Positions 37,092 to 42,710 of a stretch of 42,710 nt of DNA are shown piece after piece (the first letter of the stretch is position 1; each line of letters begins with the position of its first letter). A program made the translations under genes and the position numbers. Source of the stretch: a virus (Duplodnaviria; Heunggongvirae; Uroviricota; Caudoviricetes). The notes under the pieces were generated by a model, which had not been told where the DNA came from, searched no databases, and worked only from the letters and a program-made list of their open reading frames with translations. The DNA lies in IMG/VR virus record IMGVR_UViG_2667528074_000004, positions 1 through 42,710 of that record. One strand, written 5' to 3'.

Positions 37092-37474
37092 TGGCACATT
37101 CGATTACTGTAAGACTAAACAAGCCCGCAAGAGAGTTTCAGGCCGGGGAAAATATCGGATTCAACATCCGTGCTGGCGTTCAGTATTACGATCGCCAGAC
37201 AAAAAAGAAAGAATGGACAAACTACAGCGCCGTTGTATTTGCCAAGCCGGGAGCGCAAGCGGATTACTACCGTAGCGTTCTGGTTGAAGGAGGCATTGTA
37301 GAAATTACCGGAGAAAACATCAGGGTTGATGTTTATCAGGGGCAAAATGGTCAATCAATCACTCTTGAATTACTGAATGCAAAGATTGGATTTGCAACCT
37401 CAGGAAACAGCCAACAGCAGCAAAGTAGCAATCATCAAAATCATCCTGAATACGACGATTCAATTCCCTTCTAA
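37091..37474 (+). CDS. Small SSB-like protein with SSB C-terminal tip motif
   Basis: 127-aa ORF, TAATG-coupled to erf; ends ...QQQQSSNHQNHPEYDDSIPF resembling the E. coli SSB tail ...DDDIPF. Confidence 0.5.
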   Translation: MAHSITVRLNKPAREFQAGENIGFNIRAGVQYYDRQTKKKEWTNYSAVVFAKPGAQADYYRSVLVEGGIVEITGENIRVDVYQGQNGQSITLELLNAKIGFATSGNSQQQQSSNHQNHPEYDDSIPF

Positions 37475-37497
37475 ATTAGCAAAATAAGGATTCCATT

Positions 37498-37791
37498 ATG
37501 CCAGCGCCTCAGTATGGTGCGGATGACCCGCGCCGCTGTTCCGGCAATTCCGTATCGGAGGTGCTGGATAAATTCAGAAAAAACTACGACCGGATAATGT
37601 CGCTACAGCAGGAAACGAAAGAGGAAAAGGAATTTCGCCACTGTATATGGCTTGCAGAGAAAGAAGAACGCGAGCGAATTTACCAGACATCAATCCGACC
37701 ATTCCGCAAAGCCACATATACCCACTTCCCTGAAATTGACCCGCGCCTGCGTAATTACCGCTCACGCTATGGCGCTATCAGTAATGACTGA
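37498..37791 (+). CDS. abc2: Abc2-like anti-RecBCD protein
   Basis: 97-aa ORF downstream of erf as in P22; size and context; sequence match recalled only approximately. Confidence 0.45.
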   Translation: MPAPQYGADDPRRCSGNSVSEVLDKFRKNYDRIMSLQQETKEEKEFRHCIWLAEKEERERIYQTSIRPFRKATYTHFPEIDPRLRNYRSRYGAISND

Positions 37792-37801
37792 GGAATTTAC
37801 C

Positions 37802-37966
37802 ATGAGAGGACTTACATACAATCCCGGCATTCTTCCGGCAGAAATGATTATTCGCCAACGCGTAAAGCCAATGCCATCGAGAGAGGAATTTCTCAAGAGA
37901 AATTCTTTTCCATCAGTAAATCAAAACAAATATCTGAATGCGATGTGGCGGAGTGGGAAGAAATGA
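37802..37966 (+). CDS. Hypothetical small protein
   Basis: 54-aa ORF, ATGA-coupled to next gene. Confidence 0.3.
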   Translation: MRGLTYNPGILPAEMIIRQRVKPMPSREEFLKRNSFPSVNQNKYLNAMWRSGKK

Positions 37967-38424
37967 AACAAATGTCACTAATTGAGATGGATGGTTTTCT
38001 GAAAGGTAAATGCATCCCACGAGATTTAAAGGTTAACGAAACAAACGCTGAATATCTGGTGCGTAAATTTGCTGAATCAGAGGCCAAGTGCGCGGCACTG
38101 GCAGCGGAGAATGCGGGGCTGAAGTCTGGCGCTATGGACGAAATCAAGGTTATCAACCGTGGAGGGCAGGCATATTGCGTAAAAGATGGAGTGCAAGTTA
38201 ATCCCATGTATGCAAGAGGGTGGAATGACTATCGCGCAAAGTATATACAATCAGACACCCCAGCCACCGATGCTTTCCTGACTGAAATTGAATGCAAAGC
38301 AATCCGAAAGTTCATTAACAGCATTGAGCACATCCTGCGTGACAAGCTGTCTCCGTATGACACCGAAGAGATGCTTGAGGCTATGCGTATTTTTCTGGAA
38401 GAACAGGGAGGTGAGCAAAAATGA
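37963..38424 (+). CDS. Hypothetical protein
   Basis: Start [11 protein letters not shown]... overlapping previous stop. Confidence 0.4.
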   Translation: MKQMSLIEMDGFLKGKCIPRDLKVNETNAEYLVRKFAESEAKCAALAAENAGLKSGAMDEIKVINRGGQAYCVKDGVQVNPMYARGWNDYRAKYIQSDTPATDAFLTEIECKAIRKFINSIEHILRDKLSPYDTEEMLEAMRIFLEEQGGEQK

Positions 38425-38738
38425 CGATCACAAAACAACGTGTAGAAGAAATCATATCCCGCATTGAAATGTATGGGCATGGTGCCGGGTATACCGCTGA
38501 CGAGGTTTATAACCTTGCTGTACTGGCGCTGAATTTATCAAATATCGCAAAACTCAAGCGATACGAGCTTGATATGGATGGTTGTGACTCGTTCGGTCAG
38601 GATTGTGGCGCTGACATGACTGAAGATTCTGATGGCGATTATGTCCTGTTTGATGACGTGGTTAAGTTGCTTGAGTTTGATACAACCACTCAGAAGTTCG
38701 AAAGCCCAGCAAAGGAGGCAGCCAGTGAGCAAGATTGA
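38421..38738 (+). CDS. Hypothetical highly acidic protein
   Basis: 105-aa ORF, ATGA-coupled; Asp/Glu-rich C-terminal half (DMDGCDSFGQDCGADMTEDSDGDYVLFDDVV). Confidence 0.45.
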   Translation: MTITKQRVEEIISRIEMYGHGAGYTADEVYNLAVLALNLSNIAKLKRYELDMDGCDSFGQDCGADMTEDSDGDYVLFDDVVKLLEFDTTTQKFESPAKEAASEQD

Positions 38739-39168
38739 TTATCAAAAGCTTCGTGAAATCGCTGAAAAAACAAAAATTGCTGGTGAAGCACCTGTAATGC
38801 CTTTCGATCAGCGAATTAATGCGCTTAACGATTTTATGAAGCACTTTTCGCCAGATATCGCGCTGGCATTGTTGGATGAATGGGAAAGAAACCAGCAATA
38901 CATAAAACGCCGCGATCAGGAGAACGAGGATATTGCGCTAACGGTAGGGAAGCTGCGCGTTGAGCTTGAAGCAGAAAAACAGCGGGCAAAGGTTCTATTT
39001 ATGGAAAATGCTCGGCTTAAGTCAGGCATAGCCGGTCTGATACACCTCGGTATTCGATATGCAGATGTTGAGGTCATGAAAATTGCTGGAGATGCCCAGC
39101 TTTCTACCCCATGCACTGACAGCATCATAAACAGCATTGCAACAGGCATTCGCATCAAAGGAGAGTGA
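38725..39168 (+). CDS. Hypothetical protein (GTG start)
   Basis: SD AGGAGG 6 nt upstream of GTG 38725 (VSKIDYQKLREIAEK...); longer ATG-started track ORF would overlap neighbour by about 100 nt. Confidence 0.4.
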   Translation: MSKIDYQKLREIAEKTKIAGEAPVMPFDQRINALNDFMKHFSPDIALALLDEWERNQQYIKRRDQENEDIALTVGKLRVELEAEKQRAKVLFMENARLKSGIAGLIHLGIRYADVEVMKIAGDAQLSTPCTDSIINSIATGIRIKGE

Positions 39169-39169
39169 T

Positions 39170-39745
39170 ATGACCACTATTACCAAAGAGCGACTACTGA
39201 CAATCAAGGAGTGGCGCGAAACATACGGACCTGGTAGCAACGTTGTACTGCCAGCAGAAGAAGCGGAAGAGCTGGCACGAATTGCGCTGGCATCACTGGA
39301 AGCCGAACCGGTTGCAGTAAACGACGACATGGCTTACGCATTCCATCACGCATTGTCAGATTCATCGCCAGGCGCTGATGAAGTAGAGGAAATTAAGGCA
39401 GGGCTGCGTGCTGCCTTTGCCAACGTTACCGCCCAACCAGCTTCGGTAGTGCCGGAAGCAGAACCGGTGGCATGGACTGATGAAGAGGAACTGCGCGATG
39501 TCAAGCGGTATGGTCTCGGTGAGATATTTCAGTGCCCGCCAGATAAATACGCAGACTCGCGTCGTGTAATTCCGCTGTATCGTGTGCCGCCAGCTTCCAT
39601 AGTGCAGGCACAAGGTATCGAAATCGCAATAAACGAACTGGTTGCTCTGTCCCCGCGGCTGGATAAACGAGCGGCGGAAACTCTTTCTATGGCTGTGGCA
39701 CAGCTACGCAAACTGGTTAAGAAGCAGTTGCAAGCAAAGGACTAA
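39170..39745 (+). CDS. Hypothetical protein, paralogous N-terminal region with next gene
   Basis: Start MTTITKERL...; shares IALASLEAEPVA and PASVVP motifs with ORF 39749-40438. Confidence 0.45.
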   Translation: MTTITKERLLTIKEWRETYGPGSNVVLPAEEAEELARIALASLEAEPVAVNDDMAYAFHHALSDSSPGADEVEEIKAGLRAAFANVTAQPASVVPEAEPVAWTDEEELRDVKRYGLGEIFQCPPDKYADSRRVIPLYRVPPASIVQAQGIEIAINELVALSPRLDKRAAETLSMAVAQLRKLVKKQLQAKD

Positions 39746-39748
39746 CAC

Positions 39749-40438
39749 ATGACTACTTTTACCGACAAAGAACTGATTAAAGAAATCAAAGAGCGTATCA
39801 GCAGCCTGGACGTTCGAGACAATATTGAACGCCGGGCTTATGAAATTGCACTGGCATCGCTGGAAGCAGATCCAGTTGCTTATATTTTCAAACATCCGGC
39901 CGGGAAATTATTCTGGGCTTTAACGGATGAAAGCAATAAAGAGCAACCGGACGTTATTCCTGTTTATGCTGCCGCGCCTGCGTCGGTTGTGCCGGATAAT
40001 GCATCAGAGCCTCTTGCTTATGCTTACAAAGAGCTTACGCCTGAGATTATGCGCAACCAGGCTGCCGAATCCAATCGCGGTAATGAGTGGACCGGCAATC
40101 CTGATATTGATAACGCCATCATCATGCTCGACCGCATAGATACGCTGGAAAATTGCGATGATGACCGTATTGAGGCTGTTAAGGCTGTTTTGCGTAGACT
40201 GGCTGGCAACTCTCCGGTAACTCCGGATGGTTGGATAAGCTGTAGTGAGCGAATGCCGGATAGCAAAACAGCCGTTCTTGTTGCCAGGGAGTTTGACAGG
40301 AAAGGTGACTGGCGAATGAAATGGGCGACTTACATCCCGGGGCATCCTGACGCTAATGATGGGTGGATAATTCCAGGTGCGTCGTGGATACCATCACACT
40401 GGATGCCGCTACCAGAACCGCCGCAGGAGGCGAAATGA
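39749..40438 (+). CDS. Hypothetical protein with DUF551-like C-terminal domain
   Basis: 229-aa ORF; C-terminus DGWISCSERMPDS...W...W resembles DUF551 of enterobacterial prophages. Confidence 0.45.
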   Translation: MTTFTDKELIKEIKERISSLDVRDNIERRAYEIALASLEADPVAYIFKHPAGKLFWALTDESNKEQPDVIPVYAAAPASVVPDNASEPLAYAYKELTPEIMRNQAAESNRGNEWTGNPDIDNAIIMLDRIDTLENCDDDRIEAVKAVLRRLAGNSPVTPDGWISCSERMPDSKTAVLVAREFDRKGDWRMKWATYIPGHPDANDGWIIPGASWIPSHWMPLPEPPQEAK

Positions 40439-40695
40439 TGGATGTAAAAGAGAAGGTTTTGCAGGTGATGCGTTCCCGGGCTGCCCTGCAAGATAAAGCT
40501 CTCGGCGGGGAATATCCATTCAGGATGGCAACCTGGAATTTGCGGTTGGCAATGGAGAAGGAATTTCCTGATGAAGAATGGCGTTCGGCAGATTTGCGCA
40601 AAATTCTTATGGAGATGGCTAAAGACGGAACAGTATCCAAAGATACCCATGCCAGCCGGATTGGTCAGGCGGTATGGAGACTGGAGGTGAGGTAA
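40435..40695 (+). CDS. Hypothetical protein
   Basis: 86-aa ORF, SD AGGAGG, ATGA-coupled. Confidence 0.4.
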   Translation: MMDVKEKVLQVMRSRAALQDKALGGEYPFRMATWNLRLAMEKEFPDEEWRSADLRKILMEMAKDGTVSKDTHASRIGQAVWRLEVR

Positions 40696-40979
40696 TGGCT
40701 AACCTGCAACTTGCCGTCAAAGGTGAATACTTCGATGCCATGATTCGCGGAGAGAAAACGGAAGAGTATCGCCTGTGTAATGACTACTGGAATAAGCGAA
40801 TTATGTTCCGGGAGTATGACCGCCTGATTATCACAAAGGGATATCCGAAGCGCGACGATTCCAGCCGCAGAATTGACGTCACGTATGACGGTTATGAAAT
40901 CAAGACAATCACACATCCGCACTTCGGTGATAAACCGGTAAAGGTGTTCGCGATAAAGGTGAATATCGGCAATGAATAA
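40695..40979 (+). CDS. Hypothetical protein
   Basis: 94-aa ORF (MANLQLAVKGEYFD...), SD GGAGGTGAGG, TAATG-coupled. Confidence 0.4.
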   Translation: MANLQLAVKGEYFDAMIRGEKTEEYRLCNDYWNKRIMFREYDRLIITKGYPKRDDSSRRIDVTYDGYEIKTITHPHFGDKPVKVFAIKVNIGNE

Positions 40980-41050
40980 CAATCCTCGCACTCGCGGGGA
41001 TTTCTTTTATCTGAACTCGCTACGGCGGGTTTTATTTTATGGAGATGATT

Positions 41051-41350
41051 ATGGCCTGTTCAACATTCAACCATCTAACGTTACAGAAATACCAGCCAGA
41101 CCCTGAAGATTTATGCTCACTGTGTGGCGGAAATCATGGTAAAGCCGCCATGATCGAATGTAAGGACAAAATCCACATTTGCCTTAATTGCGTTGATGTC
41201 CTCGTTGATATCAAAAATGAGAGAGAAGATAAAAAGCGTAGCGAGGCTATTCGCGCCTTAGATTCATGGATGCGAGATGGGTATAGCGCTGCACAAATTT
41301 ATGACTTAGCAATATCAAAAGGCGAAATACCAGGAGTACGCATCGAATAA
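41051..41350 (+). CDS. Ea8.5-like protein with Cys4 zinc-binding motif
   Basis: Start MACSTFNHL...; CSLCGG...C..C motif; immediately upstream of xis as ea8.5 is in lambda. Confidence 0.4.
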   Translation: MACSTFNHLTLQKYQPDPEDLCSLCGGNHGKAAMIECKDKIHICLNCVDVLVDIKNEREDKKRSEAIRALDSWMRDGYSAAQIYDLAISKGEIPGVRIE

Positions 41351-41391
41351 GACGTAACCAACATTCGAATTGAAGAACTGAAAGAACACCA

Positions 41392-41414
41392 AGCCGCCTG
41401 ATGGCGGTTTTTTC
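41392..41414 (+). terminator. Rho-independent terminator upstream of xis
   Basis: GCCGCC-tgat-GGCGGT followed by TTTTTT. Confidence 0.6.
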
Positions 41415-41428
41415 TTGCGTGTAATTGC
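41415..41428 (+). promoter_or_regulatory. PI promoter CII-binding site TTGC-N6-TTGC
   Basis: TTGCgtgtaaTTGC immediately upstream of xis, as in lambda. Confidence 0.7.
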
Positions 41429-41440
41429 GGAGACTTTGCG

Positions 41441-41659
41441 ATGTACTTGACTCTTCAGGAGTGGAACGCACGCCAGCGGCGCCCAAGAAGCCTTGAAACA
41501 GTTCGTCGATGGGTACGCGAGTGCAGGATATTCCCTCCTCCGGTTAAAGATGGAAGAGAGTATCTGTTCCACGAATCAGCGGTAAAGGTTGACTTAAATC
41601 GACCAATAACAGGTAGCCTTTTGAAGAGGATCAGAAATGGGAAGAAGGCGAAGTCATGA
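41441..41659 (+). CDS. xis: Excisionase Xis (lambda-type)
   Basis: 72-aa ORF MYLTLQEWNARQRRPRSLETVRRWVRECRIFPPPVKDGREYLFHESAVKVDLNRPIT... matches lambda Xis as recalled. Confidence 0.9.
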   Translation: MYLTLQEWNARQRRPRSLETVRRWVRECRIFPPPVKDGREYLFHESAVKVDLNRPITGSLLKRIRNGKKAKS

Positions 41660-42710
41660 GCGCCGGGATTTACCCCCTAACCTTTATGTAAGAAACAATG
41701 GATATTACTGCTACAGGGACCCAAGGACGGGTAAAGAGTTTGGTTTAGGCCGAGACAGGAGGATAGCAATCACTGAAGCAATACAGGCCAATATTGAGTT
41801 ACTCTCAGACAGCGGACGCAAATCACTAATAGACAGAATTAAAGGCGGTGACGCAATCACTCTTCATGTGTGGCTTGACCGATATGAAAGAATCCTCACC
41901 GAAAGGGGGATCAGGCCGAAAACTCTACTCGACTACGCCAGCAAAATCAGGGCAATCCGAAGAAAATTGCCGGACAAACCGCTCACTGACATATCAACGA
42001 AAGAAGTGGCAGCAATGCTAAACACCTACGTAGCAGAAGGTAAAGCAGCTTCCGCAAAATTAATCAGGTCAACCCTTGTTGACGTTTTTCGTGAAGCAAT
42101 AGCCGAGGGGCATGTGGCAACGAATCCGGTAACAGCAACCCGTACAGCAAAGTCAGAAGTAAGGCGCTCAAGGCTGACAGCTAATGAGTATGTCGAGATT
42201 TACCATGCAGCCGAACCTCTCCCTATCTGGCTAAGGCTGGCGATGGATTTGGCCGTCGTTACAGGGCAGAGAGTCGGCGATTTGTGCAGAATGAAATGGT
42301 CAGACATAAACGACAACCATCTTCACATTGAACAGAGTAAAACAGGGGCTAAACTCGCCATTCCGCTAACGCTAACGATTGACGCGCTCAATATCTCATT
42401 GGCTGATACACTACAGAAATGCAGGGAGGCCAGCAGCAGTGAAACTATAATCGCATCAAAGCATCACGATCCGCTTTCCCCGAAAACAGTATCAAAGTAT
42501 TTTACAAAGGCGAGAAATGCATCTGGACTCTCATTTGATGGAAACCCGCCAACATTCCATGAACTGCGTAGCCTGTCAGCGAGGCTATACCGGAACCAGA
42601 TTGGCGATAAGTTTGCTCAACGTCTTCTCGGACATAAATCAGATTCAATGGCGGCGCGGTATAGGGACAGCCGTGGACGGGAATGGGACAAAATTGAAAT
42701 CGACAAATGA
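41637..42710 (+). CDS. int: Tyrosine integrase Int (lambda-type)
   Basis: 357-aa ORF MGRRRSHERRDLPPNLY...; catalytic region ...HELRSLSARLY... near C-terminus; overlaps xis 3-prime end as in lambda. Confidence 0.95.
   Translation: MGRRRSHERRDLPPNLYVRNNGYYCYRDPRTGKEFGLGRDRRIAITEAIQANIELLSDSGRKSLIDRIKGGDAITLHVWLDRYERILTERGIRPKTLLDYASKIRAIRRKLPDKPLTDISTKEVAAMLNTYVAEGKAASAKLIRSTLVDVFREAIAEGHVATNPVTATRTAKSEVRRSRLTANEYVEIYHAAEPLPIWLRLAMDLAVVTGQRVGDLCRMKWSDINDNHLHIEQSKTGAKLAIPLTLTIDALNISLADTLQKCREASSSETIIASKHHDPLSPKTVSKYFTKARNASGLSFDGNPPTFHELRSLSARLYRNQIGDKFAQRLLGHKSDSMAARYRDSRGREWDKIEIDK

Noticed and set aside
42700-42710. attachment site / prophage boundary
   Set aside because: Window ends at the int stop codon; the att core (downstream of int in lambda-type prophages) is outside the window and cannot be assessed

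Overview
This window is essentially one mosaic lambdoid prophage, in reverse orientation relative to the standard lambda map. No tools were run: protein identities rest on recalled similarity to well-known phage proteins, and coordinates were counted by hand from the sequence and ORF track. Layout, left to right: (1) 1-21.7 kb, minus strand, a myovirus-type (Mu-like) structural module: tail fibre assembly, tail fibre, baseplate, tape measure, chaperone pair with a -1 frameshift site, tube, sheath, head completion, major capsid, protease/scaffold, Mu F-like protein, portal, terminase large and small subunits. (2) 21.7-23.1 kb, an AT-rich plus-strand moron and an Rha-family regulator. (3) 23.2-24.4 kb, a phage-21-type lysis cassette (S21 pinholin, SAR endolysin, Rz with embedded Rz1). 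(4) 24.5-24.7 kb, two tRNA genes. (5) 24.8-27.4 kb, Q21-like antiterminator and nin region (NinH, RusA, YbcO-like, NinF, NinE, NinB). (6) 28.3-31.1 kb, P22-like replication genes (DnaB-type helicase, O-like initiator with internal iterons) and a P22 c1-like cII. (7) 31.1-34.3 kb, an immunity region that matches lambda as I recall it: nutR, cro, OR1-3, cI, rexA, rexB, OL1-3/PL, nutL, N. (8) 34.3-41.4 kb, plus strand, a PL operon with two unusual genes directly after N (an AT-rich 156-aa ORF and a 323-aa TolA-like coiled-coil protein), then cIII, Kil, Erf, an SSB-like protein, Abc2-like, and about nine small accessory ORFs. (9) 41.4-42.7 kb, lambda-like PI site, xis and int; the att site lies beyond the window end. 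I found no CRISPR array, transposase or rRNA. The best candidates for undescribed accessory functions are the two-gene insertion inside the tail operon (6.2-7.9 kb), the two genes after N (34.35-35.94 kb), the moron beside terminase (21.7-22.1 kb) and the acidic small-ORF block before xis. I cannot name a function for any of them from sequence alone.
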